Source: Hyaloraphidium curvatum SAG 235-1
Lineage: Eukaryota; Fungi; Monoblepharomycota
Reading direction: 5' to 3'
Assembly: GCA_025558095.1 (NCBI GenBank)
Contig: JAIVFI010000004.1
Location: forward strand, 310,001 to 374,000
DNA length: 64,000 nucleotides
Both the position numbers and the translations under genes were made by a program. Positions 52,201-62,967 of this stretch are shown here, one piece after another. The notes below the pieces were generated by a model. That model worked only from the letters and a program-made list of their open reading frames with translations, was not told where the DNA came from and did not search any database. Numbering within the stretch: position 1 is the stretch's first letter; each line of letters begins with the position of its first letter.

Positions 52201-53079
52201 CTGCGCGCGAGCCCAGAGGCGGCCGTCGCTGGCGTACTGGTCCCGGGCCCGCTCCCACTGCTTGAGCGCGCGAGCGTTCGCGTTCCAAAACTCGTTGCCG
52301 CCTCTCGCGCGCACGACTCTGAGGCCCACGCGATCGAGGTCGAAAGCACTCTCCGAAGGGGGCCCCCTACGCGTGGTGAAGGGGAGCAGCGGGCCTGACA
52401 CCTCCACGGTGACGTGGGGCGGCACGATATCGCAGCGGAAAGCATCTTTGATCAGCAACGCGGCCACGTTGGTTGCCTTCCTCCTCGCCTGCACTTGCGG
52501 CGGCAGATGGCGCTGGTCCTGCCCGCCCTGCGGCGGCTGGTTGCGCTGCCCTCCCGAACGGTCGTCGACCGGCTCACGCACGGCGATGGGGCAGAAAGGC
52601 GGCGGATTCAGCGCGCCGTCCGGGAGCTGCGTTGCATCGGCGGCGTTCAACGTGGCGAAGTAGCGCAGCGCGCCGCGCAGGCCAAGGCCCATGGCCTCGC
52701 GCGTGCCGGGCTCCGCGGCGATGATGGCGTGCAGGTCCAGCGGCACGCCGTTGTGCGTCTCCCCGTCGTCGTGCACGGTCACCGTGACGAGCGAGCGGCC
52801 GCCCTCCGCGCCGGTCGTCTTCCACAGTTCGATGGCGCGCTTGGCGGTGTCCCTCCACCACGCAAACCCGCGCGCCCTCAAGCCGCCCGCGAGCCACGCG
52901 ATGTCGAGGCTGTCGGCCGTATCGTGTGCGATGGCGGGGTCGGCGCCCTCCACCGCGACGAGCTCGATGGCGGCCGCGGCCTTGTCTAGGGCCTCGCGCA
53001 GCGCAGCGGGGTCGCCGTCGGCGAGGATGTCCAGGCGTAGCAGCGCGTTGCGCATCTCGTTTGTGAACGGCGCGGCCAT
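49226..53079 (-). CDS. Large AAA+ ATPase with degenerate second AAA-like region and C-terminal CxxC..C..H zinc ribbon; intron about 49820-49879; possible extra exon ending 49077
   Basis: Likely start MAAPFTNE at 53079. Walker A GPPGTGKT, Walker B AAIDEIDG, SRH GGTNHLERMDPAFKRR; next exon CVRCLSQFKDRDNRRGACSIKDH. Confidence 0.85.
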
Positions 53080-53232
53080 TGCTGCAGCGGGCGGACGAGA
53101 GGGTGGATGAGATGAGGCGCCTGCTGACAGGCCCTGGACAGGACCCGTACTGCGACGAGGAGGACCCTGATGACTTCTGCCCCGACTTGAGACTCGATTG
53201 AGATCAGCACCCCCGACGCCGTCGGCGCTCAG

Positions 53233-55671
53233 ATGGAGGGCCACGACCGCATCGCCAAAGCGCTGGGGCTCGACGCCGCCGGCGCCGTCGGCGACCTGAT
53301 GAAGGCCTTCCCCCCGCCCGCGCAGCCCGCCCCCGCGTCGGGCCCAACGCCCGGCGCGCAACCCGCTGGCCTCGCGGATCTCGTGCGCCGTGGTGTCGCG
53401 GTGCTCGAGCAGGGGCTCTCCATCGCAGCCGGCGTCATCGACGACCCCGAAGCCGCCGCTTCCGAGGTTGACCGCCGCGCCGCAGCCGGGGCCGTGCGCC
53501 GCGGCGCCGAAGCGCTGGAACGCATTCCGGAGCTGGCGCATATACGCCAGTTGGGGATGCTCCGCGGATGGGTGGAATCCATCGTAGCGGGCAACGGGCT
53601 GCCGCAAGCCGCGCAAATGCAAGGCCTGCTCGACCAGGTTGCCGGCGTAGCCGGCGGTCTGATCAACGCGATCATCCCCGTCGTCCCGCAAGGCCTGATG
53701 AACATCAGGCGGGACGCCTTGGACAAGGCCCACCGGGTCGCCGAGCTCGCCCGGCGCGCCCGTGAAGACCCTGCGGCCCTTACCAACATCACGGCCATGG
53801 GCGGCATCGTCGGCGCCCCCGAGGTCCTGCATGATCTCGGAAGCCGGATCACCGAGAATCCGGCGCTGGCCGAGCCTGCCGCGGGCGTCGTGCGCAGCTT
53901 TGAGGACCTGGTCACGTTCGAGAACGATCTGAGGCAGAGCGAGATTCAGTTCCAGGCCGAAGCGCGGGCTGCGGCAGATAGCCTGGAGAACGCGCGCCAG
54001 GCCGCCAGAGAAAACGCCTCGAAGCTTGGAGAACGCAAGAAAGAACTTGCGGCCAAGGACGCGGCGCTTGGCAAGGCCGAAGCGGCGGCCCTTGCGGCCG
54101 CAGCCAAGCAGCGCGCCGCTGCGGCAAACGTCCAGAGCAAGGCGCAGAACCTGGATGCGGCAGTGACGGCGCTGAAGAAAGCCGCGGCGGATCTGGAAAA
54201 CGCCAAGCAAGCCGTTTATGTGCAGGCGGAAATGCAGAAGCAGGCCAGCGCAGCCGCCCAGAAGGCCGGTCAGACGGCAGCTCAGGCACAGCAGCACCTG
54301 AAACAGGCGGACGCGGAGCTCGTGAATGCGCGAAATGCCGAGAAGGCTGCCACTGCAGCCTACGCTGCAGCGCAGCTGGCCACGAATGCGGCCCGCACGG
54401 ACATGAAAAATGCCAATCAGGCACTCGTCATCGCGGAGCAGACGCTTGAAGACGAGCAGATTAAGCTGGTGGGAAAGCGCAAGGAGAGGTCGGAGGCGGA
54501 GCGGGCCCTTCGGGAGGCGAAGCAGAAGGAGGCCGCTGCCCAGCGCCGCCAAAAGCAGCTCCAAAGTGCCCTGGATGCCCTCCGCCGGGCCCGCGCGGAA
54601 ACAGAGCGCAAGATCGAGGAAGCGCGCCGCAAGAAGTGCGACCTCTTCAAAGCCCTGGCCGGCCTCGCGTGCGTCCTCTTCCCCGCCGTGGCCCCGGCCA
54701 TCATGGCCGTGGCGGCGGTTGTGGGCAACGTCGCCGGCGCAATCCATGACGCCATCCATTCGGGCTCTCTCGACCAGATCGACGGACAGATCCGCAACGT
54801 GGAGAGCGCAATGACCACTTGCAACAGCGAGCTGACCGAGTCGACGAGCGCAGTGGCTCATGCCCAGACGAAGCTGACGAACGCGAGCAACCATATCACG
54901 ACGGCGGAGGATGCTGTCCAAAAGGCAGAGAATGATGCCCGGGCTAAGCGCAGCGAGGCCGCCAGCATGCGTGAGCGCTTCAGGGAGAAGGCGGCCGTCG
55001 AGCGGGAGAAGCAGAAGGAGGCTGCTTCCACTGCAGGAAAACTCAAGATCGCCCAGCATGGCAAGGCTCTAGCGGAGCACGCGGTGGCAGTGGCGGCCAA
55101 GGACGCTGCCAAGGCCGCGGAGAAGCAGAAGGAGGCCGGTGATATGCTGTCGCAGGCCAATCGGGATGCCCAGGCGGCAAATGCAAGCATGGCGCGGCTC
55201 CAGACTGAAAGGACGAACGCTGAGGATGCCGCCAACGCCGCGGAGGGAGAATGCAAGACTGCACACACTGAGCTCGACAAGGCCGACGACGAGAGGGTGC
55301 GCACCTACAACGAGTTCTCTTCTGCCGACGGAGAATCGCAGGATGCGCACGAAGAAGTCGCTAAAGCTCAGGATGGCGTTGATGCTGCCCGTGCCGACAT
55401 CGAGTACCACGAGATCGACGGCAACCGCGCTCAGGCATGCGCCCAAGCTGATGCCCGCCTGGCGGCCGATGCGCGCAACATGAACCAGCTCGGCATAGCC
55501 ACCCTGGGCAAGGGACTGGCCTCGGGCTTCGGCGTCCCGGCTGCAGTGGGGTACTTGGCCGATGGCCTTGTCAGCCAGCGTGAGGACGTTAGCGCTGAAG
55601 TCAGGCGCGTGCGCGAGCCACAGACTGAGCCTGAGCCGGAATTTGAACACGACAGGCCCTGGGCCGTGTAG
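53233..55671 (+). CDS. 812-aa Ala-rich coiled-coil protein with central hydrophobic segment; function unknown
   Basis: Intronless ORF with host-like codons. Two long heptad arms flank LFKALAGLACVLFPAVAPAIMAVAAVVGNVAGAI. Confidence 0.8.
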   Translation: MEGHDRIAKALGLDAAGAVGDLMKAFPPPAQPAPASGPTPGAQPAGLADLVRRGVAVLEQGLSIAAGVIDDPEAAASEVDRRAAAGAVRRGAEALERIPELAHIRQLGMLRGWVESIVAGNGLPQAAQMQGLLDQVAGVAGGLINAIIPVVPQGLMNIRRDALDKAHRVAELARRAREDPAALTNITAMGGIVGAPEVLHDLGSRITENPALAEPAAGVVRSFEDLVTFENDLRQSEIQFQAEARAAADSLENARQAARENASKLGERKKELAAKDAALGKAEAAALAAAAKQRAAAANVQSKAQNLDAAVTALKKAAADLENAKQAVYVQAEMQKQASAAAQKAGQTAAQAQQHLKQADAELVNARNAEKAATAAYAAAQLATNAARTDMKNANQALVIAEQTLEDEQIKLVGKRKERSEAERALREAKQKEAAAQRRQKQLQSALDALRRARAETERKIEEARRKKCDLFKALAGLACVLFPAVAPAIMAVAAVVGNVAGAIHDAIHSGSLDQIDGQIRNVESAMTTCNSELTESTSAVAHAQTKLTNASNHITTAEDAVQKAENDARAKRSEAASMRERFREKAAVEREKQKEAASTAGKLKIAQHGKALAEHAVAVAAKDAAKAAEKQKEAGDMLSQANRDAQAANASMARLQTERTNAEDAANAAEGECKTAHTELDKADDERVRTYNEFSSADGESQDAHEEVAKAQDGVDAARADIEYHEIDGNRAQACAQADARLAADARNMNQLGIATLGKGLASGFGVPAAVGYLADGLVSQREDVSAEVRRVREPQTEPEPEFEHDRPWAV

Positions 55672-55872
55672 GGCCCCTTACTTCGACCCCGCCTTGGATC
55701 ACGCAGGAGGTAGGTTTCCCCGTCAGATGTCCAGTTTTGTCGCGCGAGCTCTGACTATGATTCCGTAGTTGGAGATGCAATCCCAAGGAAGATCACAATC
55801 ACGTTGTATCGTGTGTGTTGGTCTATTTGAAAACAGTGACATTGGAAATCAAAGTTGCTTTGCATTGGTACG

Positions 55873-56861
55873 CTACTTTGGGTCCCAGACTCCGGATTTT
55901 TTGAGAGTGTTGAAGAACCAATAGACCCGTTTGCTCTTGCTCTTGTAGACGCGGATGCGATCAGGTGCATCATTGGGCGGGTTGGCTCTGAGTTCCATGA
56001 TGGTGTCATCTCGGTCACTGATGGCAAGGCAATCATCGGCAACGCCCAATGTGAAGGTACCCAGATTGAGCTTTTCCATAGACAACTGCGCACGGAGCTC
56101 CTCAACCGTGTTCTTGAGCCCGGACATCTCCACCAGCTGGGCCTTGAGGTCATCCACTTCTCTCATAAGGGAAGCAATGGCCTTGGAGCTCAGGCGCAAG
56201 TGTTCCTGCGTGCTGGACAAAAGGTGTCGTGCAAGGGCATCTCTGGTGCCCTGCTAAATGCTCAGCTCGGTCCTCCAAATGTCTACGGAAGACAACGTAC
56301 CTCGAAAGCAGGGCAGAGTTCGCACTTTACAAGGTAGTCTGGGCATGTTTCATCATGTTGGTCTTTCCATATCCTCTCCACAGGCCGGAAAAGCTCCATG
56401 CCGCGCTCCTTCACGTGCGCTTGGCAGTTCTCGCAGCGGAAGGCTTGACACTTCGAGAGATGTGCCTCTACTTCCGACATGGCACCTTCCCAGCCGCAGC
56501 TTTTCCATCTTGGGCACTGCACCTTGAAGCTGAGATACTGGCGTTTCCCAAAAGCGGTCCACTCTTCGAAATTGATCGCGCCCACCACGTTTCCCTTGCA
56601 CGATGGGCAGAGCACACGGGTGTCCGGTGGCGCAGGCGCAGGATCGTCCTTCAGGTTCTGCAACGCGTCCGACGCATTGCTCCGACCGTTCTTCCGCCCG
56701 CTCTTGAGCGCTTCCCAGCAGTAAGGCTCCCCGCAGAGATGGTGCTCGCACGCTTTCTCGTCGGTCTGGAGCAGAACAGGATTGCGCCAAGGGTAGCACT
56801 CGTTCAAGCAAATGGGGCACGGGAACGCCGGCGGCGGTGGTTCGCGGCCAACGGTCGCCAT
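55873..56861 (-). CDS. Second RING finger plus TRAF-type zinc finger plus coiled-coil protein, 1 intron
   Basis: CPICLNEC..CEHHLC..C..CPSC; CPRWKSCGWEG..VEAHLSKC; HDETCPDYLVKCELC; exon 2 coiled coil LMREVDDLKAQLVEM. Confidence 0.8.
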
Positions 56862-56997
56862 TGTCTGGAAGAAGGCCTGCGACCGCACGGGGAGCACACG
56901 CGATGGCCTCTGCGGGTACCGGGCTGCAATCGGGGCGCGTTGCTTTTGGCCGCAGAGCCTGTGGTCCGGGGCGTGATATGGATCTGTTTACTAGACC

Positions 56998-57086
56998 AAA
57001 ACCCTCCAACCCGGTTCAACCCTCCTTCAACCCTCTTCAACCCTCTTTCAACCCTCCCCAACCCTCCCCCACCGGGCAAAACCCCC
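56998..57086 (+). repeat. Imperfect tandem array of 10-11 nt AACCCTCY(Y)YC units
   Basis: aaaaccctcc aacccggttc aaccctccttc aaccctcttc aaccctctttc aaccctcccc aaccctcccc; about 7 units. Confidence 0.8.
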
Positions 57087-57381
57087 TGAGAGGCCACCTG
57101 CGCGCCGGTCCCGTCCCAGACACGCGTCGGCGTAGCCTTCTCTGCCCTCGAATCAACGCTACCGTCGCGAGGAGCCTCGCCTTCCCGCGTGTCGCGACGG
57201 TTTATAGCTTCCTGTCCCCGGGAGGAGACGAGGCCTCTGTTGAAGAACCCCTGGGGACATTCTGCACGAGAATGACTCCAAGCAGGGCAGTCTGAGCTCT
57301 AGGAAGGACTGTGGCGCCGAGGACGAGGCCAACTGATCCGAACCGTCGCGTCTCGACGCGACTTCTCGGGCCAGCGGAGGC

Positions 57382-60300
57382 ATGGGTCGGAACCGGAACA
57401 CGGGCGGCGCGAAGAAGGTCTCTGGCGGCGTGAAGAAGGCTAAGGTCCCCGCGACGAAGGCTTCGGACGCACCAAAGCAGACGAAGAAGCGCGGGCGCCC
57501 GCCAAAGACCGCAGCGCCGCCGGCCGGGCAGCCGGAAAGCGGAGGGGAGCCCGCCGGACAGCAGCCACAAGCTTCGGCGGGTGAGGCACCTGCAGAAGGC
57601 CGTCCTCAGCACGGAACGGTCTTCCAGCTCGAGTTCTCGGCCGCCCAAAAGAGGAGGTTGCCGGGGAAGAAGGTTACCCCGTTCACCCATGGTCTCCAGC
57701 CTTTTCCCTTCGACCTACGACGTCATCCGGAGCGCTTCGTCCTCCGGGATGGAGGGGATCCGATTTTCAAGGTCCTCAACGGGCCGGGAACCCCGGAAAT
57801 GGATTCTCTCGTGACGCTTCGGCCGACCTTCATCCTTTCCCCCTGGGAGGGCTACCCGGACTTGGCGCGGCTCATTTGTCCGACGTGCGGCTTGAAGCTG
57901 AAGCCCAGTGCTTGGGTTCAAGATCTCTTCCTCATGCGTGGGCCCCATGGAGAGTTGGAACTTCTTTGCCCCCGGCGATACGTTTGCGAGAACTTTGGGG
58001 AAGCCAAGGCGGGGAAGTGCACCTTCCAAATTGGTGCCCACAACCTGCTCGATAAAATTTCCGCGGACCTGCGCTACGTCGGTAGGAACCGCTCCCCGAT
58101 CGATCTTGTCGACCTCGCTCATCATTCGTCGGCAGTGTTCCCTTACGAACGGGTCGGCCACTCGTACGTGCACATGTCGTTCCTCTCGAAGGTCTATAAC
58201 CTGGTGAACGAGTGCGGGGCGGGCATGACGGCTAAGATCCTGAACGGTACGGCTCTTTCTGAACTGGTTCTTGCCCTTTCGTGACATGTCGGTTCCAGCC
58301 GACCTGGAAGCCGAACATCACGTCGTTGCGCTGCACCTTCAACACCACGGGATGCCGGGCCCCATGCCGGATGCGGAGACGACCAGCGCATTCTTCTCTT
58401 CAGGTAACCTTTTGTGTGGCATCGTGAGGACACGCTGTGACTCCGTTCCCATAGACTCTTCGGGATCCAAGCAAACGAGCATAGATTCCTTTGTCGTGAG
58501 ATCAGACTCGGCTGAAAACGACTCGGCACCTTCTCAGGCGGGGCCCTCCGACGGCACGACCGTACCGACGTTCGCCGGCCTCTTCCGGCAGAGCAGGAAG
58601 AAGCCGCAGTCGATCCAGGAGTCAATGGAGGACGAATTCTCGTGAGTTGGGCCGCGATTCGGGCTGAGCCTTCGCCTGTGTGTTGACTTGGCGTCAGAAT
58701 GGCCGGGGATGTGATCGACGCTGCTTTTGTGACTCGTCTACACGACGCAGTTTGGAACCGATACGGCGACCATCTTTTCCACTCATATCAGTACCAGGCT
58801 GACTGTGGGTTCTGGCGGAACGGATTTGGTTTCGCTAATTGGCTCATCTCCGCCGCGCAGGCCGGAACATTGCGCAGGACGGACTGGAAAAGACCGCACT
58901 GCACCAAGCTTACGTGCACGACGAGGAGAATGGGGGCCACAAGGCCCTCAACTCCAGCAAGCATGCTGACGGCGGTGCTGCCGCGGATGCCGAGAAGGAT
59001 GCGGCTGCAAAGGTGAACGGCGGCCGCGTGGCGGCCGAGTCCATGAGCAGCAAACCTCAGCTGATCAAGTACATCACCGTGACTGGTACTCCTCTTGGCG
59101 CGGTGAGCCGCTCCGCGCTGCCCATGCAGCGGAGCTTCTGACGACGTTCGCAGTACATGGCCCGGAACAAGGGTGACGACGCAGCCAAGCACGGCCTAGA
59201 GGTTCTTCGTAACTCTTTGCGGGCTCAGAAAGCTGCGGGCCGTGGAATCGACGGAAAGAAGCTTGATTCGGGGAAATCTGTCGGCGCCTTTGAGGAGCCG
59301 GGGACTCCGGTCATCGTGCTCCAAGTGGACCGGTGCTGTGGCTCGCCGGGCTCTTTAGCCCCACTCGTGAAGGCTGTGTTTGGCGATCTCGTGGTCGTAC
59401 GTCTCGACCATTTCCACTGGGTGCAACGGATTTGCGAGGACGTCGGGGTCACGGATTTTGTCAAGGACAAGATCATCGGCATCGTTTGGAGTTCCATTCA
59501 GTTCCCGGGAGTTGAGCTCCCCAGCGGGGAGAAGACGCCGCAGCCGATGCTGCCACGCGAGGAAGCCATCAAGGCCTTCGACGCCGCTAAGAACGAAGCT
59601 CTTCGGTACCACGGCGGTCTTCCTCCAAAGAAGGTCGAGGTGTTTGAGAAGAACTGGGCAAACGCTCGAGTGCACCTGGAAAAGGGGTGTTTGGACGATC
59701 CAGAGATTTTGTTCTACATCGCGGCAGACGGCTCAGTGATGGTTGCTAGGGGAAGCAATCGTCTCGAGGGCTATTTTCGGCTTCTGCAGGACTGGCTCGG
59801 CCGCCACGCGAAACTCGAGGACACCATCCTGCAGGAGATTGACCATTTCGATCTCGATTACATGCTGACCGTGTTGCGCATCAAATTCGGCGACTTTTGC
59901 GCCCAGCAGTTGGGCAGGAATCCGGCTCTTTGCCAGGTGCTGGAAGCTCGGAACCGCTTGGCTCGCCAGAATGGTCACCCTGCACAATGCAACCCGCTTC
60001 TGGAGGATCACGAGTGTTTTGAGATTCGTGCCGTCACCTCGGCGGAAGCACGGCAAGCCGGGAAGGCGATCCGGGACCAGCAGGCCCACGTCGCCGAAAG
60101 GGAAAAGGATCCGGCTGTCCCGAAGGCGCGGCCCGCCTCGCCTCGCGGATTCACTCCGAAAAGTCGTCCTTCGCACAAGCCGTCGCCGTCTCCGAAAGCT
60201 CGTGGTAGAGCCGCGCCGAACTACGGCATCAAGGCCGAGTTTCAGCGCACTGTGGCCCAGGTAAATGATTGCGATGGAGTGGATTCATGGTCTACTCAAC

Positions 60301-61398
60301 ATGTCTGCGTTCATTAGCTCGGGTCCGCCGTTGTAGCCACCTCAGGCTTGTTCTCGCCGGTCATTTCGTCTCCAACCGGGCCTTCGAGCCAAATGTCGCC
60401 GAAGGCTGCCTCTACTGCCGCTGCAAGCCAGCCTCTTTCGTTTCCTATGGAGGAAGACACGCTGGAGGTTCCCGTCGTTCCTTCTCTCTCTTCCGCGCCC
60501 GTGCAGGCTCTAAACCGGCCTGTGGAGCCTGTATTGGAGTGGGTGGACGCCATTTTCGGATCTCGGCTTCTGGGCTCATCCCTCGTCTTTTGCAGGACGC
60601 CGGCGCCCTTGCCCGTCGCCTTTCAGCCGTCAAGCGGTGCAATGGCCTTGAGCGGCAAGCGGAAACGTGAGGATTCGGTTCAGGGACGGGCAGATTCGCC
60701 GGCGGCACCGCGGCCGGCCTCGACGTCGGTTCCGGCGGCTAAGAAGCGGGCCATGCCGCCGGCGCCTGGGACAACATCGTCTCTGGCTCTACCCGATGCT
60801 TCCACATTGGCAGCTGGGCCCGCTTTGCTCGAGCACGTGCCGAGGCCCCTGCACTTGCCGCCCGAGATCTCGAAAGAGGCTTGGGCCGAGGCCCTCCTCG
60901 CTGCCTTCGCTCATGTGGCCCAGAAGCTCGTCCAAGGTGCTTCGACTGTGTCGGTGAGCGGCATACCGGCTTCTCTCTGCCGTCGCGCTGGTGGTTTAAC
61001 GTCAGTTGGACCGACAGGTCGCTCCTTCGTTGACCCTGCCGGAAGTTGCTGTTTCGGCCATGGAACCCGCGAAGCCCAAGGTGCGAGGGCATGCCCCAAA
61101 GGATGAAGCTCAGCTATGTCGGCGCTGCGGGCAGCTCAAGGAGGAGACATCCCGGGCTGCTCATGTCCATCGGCTGGGCCTTTGCGATGATGGATTTCGC
61201 CGTAGCGACGACACGCAGCGCAAGATTACCATCCCCGCTTACGGCACGCGCCGCGCGGAAGATGGAGGTCCCGACTGGGCCTACCTGGAGGGAGAGTTTC
61301 TCGACCTCCTTGATGCCAAGGATGCCACGCTGCGTGGCCCCCGTCTGACGGCCTACGAGGCGTTGAAGGTGGTTCTTGTGACGGAATTCCCGAAGTAG
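57382..61398 (+). mobile_element. Multi-exon DDE transposase-like gene (DxxH type, MULE/IS256-related; DUF6729-like N-terminus) with AT-hook and C-terminal zinc finger
   Basis: AT-hook KKRGRPPK; CPTC..RRYVC..C domain; candidate catalytic motifs IAQDGLEK, VLQVDRCC, VRLDHFHWVQRI, GCLDDP and RGSNRLEGY; C-terminal CRRCGQLK..H..C. Confidence 0.65.
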
Positions 61399-62338
61399 TA
61401 GATCGGTTTCATGTATATCATTGTGGAATTCAAGCAGGGCAACTCATCTGAAGTCCCCATTGACCGTCCTGGTGAACACGGACCCGGAAGGCGATCGTAT
61501 GTGCTCGGATGCGGCCATAGAAGTGATTGAATCGGCTCCAGCGGCCATGGTAGAGGTAATGCGATGCACAGAAAGGCATGTGCTTGATGACAGGATTGAG
61601 GAGCTCGACACACCGGCGCAAAGTGGCACTACATCGGGGGAGGGCGTCGGACCTGCTAGTCTTGACCTGCTGGACCACCTACACCAAGCGAAAATCGATG
61701 GCCGGTAGCCGTTCTAGCTTCTGCGCACTTATTTACATCGAGTCAGCGTATTGCGCGGAGCAGACCGGGTTTGGTGCGTGGTTGCGCGCCATCGGCGTCA
61801 ATTTCCACTGACGAGGGGGGGGGTCTGGGTCCCCGAGGTGCTGCGGACCTAAATTGAGATGCAGGCCGAATTCGACGCTTTCATACTACTACTTGAGGAA
61901 TCGGCACGCCTCGCAGTGCTGCATTGCGTTTTGTGAGCGGGATGGCTCCGGAACGGCTCAAAATCGGCCAAAATGGGTCCGCGCCGACCGCCCGCGTTCA
62001 CGCACAGGCGATTCAATCGACGCGGCTTTTCGACAAATCGCGTATTTATATGCATTTCTAACGCCTCATAGCTGTGGACAACTTCACGTCCTCATGCGGG
62101 GGCTCCGCGAGGTCCCAAACTTGAGCATGCCGTGCATGGAGCTCTGGGAGCGCTCGCTGACCAGTAGAGGATGGAAGAAAGCCATCATCCATCGGAATGA
62201 CTTTATTGAACCATGTATGGTACATTGGGAGGGAAGTACAACATCTCTTCTATCCTAGTTGGTCTCGGGGAGGAGAACCGAGCACTAGCGTAGCGTGTAG
62301 TGAAGTTCCAAGATCGCGGTTCGGCGGCGGGTCTCAGA

Positions 62339-62399
62339 GAGTCTATCCAAGGGAGCCCTTGGATAGACTCCCCTTGGATAGACTCCCTTGGATAGACTC
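62339..62399. repeat. One inverted plus three direct copies of CCCTTGGATAGACTC
   Basis: GAGTCTATCCAAGGG (62339-62353), AG, then CCCTTGGATAGACTC (62356-62370, 62371-62385) and CCTTGGATAGACTC (62386-62399). Confidence 0.92.
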
Positions 62400-62967
62400 C
62401 CCCGAACTCCGCTCGGTTTCCGATAGCGATGGCTGGAGACCCGACCGGTGCCACGAGAGAGCACCAAGCCGGACGTCCAGCGGCCTTGTCGTCTGCTTCC
62501 TACTGCCTCTGGACGGCGGCGCATCGGAACATTCCTTCCCCCTCGGTTCGTGCTCCGCCGTTTCGTGGCACGAATCCTGACCAACGGCCGTGTTCTCCCC
62601 CATTCTCGCTCCTATCTGGACCGGAAAAAGATCCTCGGTGCCTCCGTTGGGGCAGCCAACGGCTGTACAGTGCTTGGGGGCCTCGCGATGTAGGTGCCGC
62701 GAAGCTCCTTTTCGACACCCTTGTCTGACGTCTTTGAACCCCTTCCTCCTCACTTTCCGGCCCGTCTATGGTCGCTCGCGCTCATGTTCAAGCCGGTTGC
62801 GGGCTCAGTTCGTGTGTGTGACGCTCTGGTACCCCTGTCTCTCGGCGGAACGTCTGTCGCGCTTCAGGGACCGAAACCGACCCGCCACCGCCTCCTCATC
62901 CCGATCGAGCTTGCATTTGGCCCTCTCCTGCTTCATTGCGGGCCGCTGATTGTCCTTCTGGGCGGAG

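Noticed and set aside
53080-55059. N-terminal 660 aa of the 1738-aa minus-strand ORF
   Set aside because: This is the antisense shadow of the 53233-55671 coiled-coil gene. Protein-like sequence on the minus strand starts at MAAPFTNE (53079).
56998-57086. Interstitial telomere
   Set aside because: Units are 10-11 nt AACCCTCYYC, not (CCCTAA)n; no exact telomeric hexamer tandem.
62255-62290. Helitron-like 3' end (short hairpin followed by CTAG)
   Set aside because: The stem is only 5 bp, the spacing is atypical, and there is no Rep/helicase gene in the window.
62339-62399. CRISPR-like repeat array
   Set aside because: The repeats are adjacent with no spacers, only 15 nt long, with no cas genes, in a eukaryotic context.
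61421-62950. Short ORFs between the transposase and the recombinase
   Set aside because: No recognisable motifs and no consistent exon chain; left unannotated.
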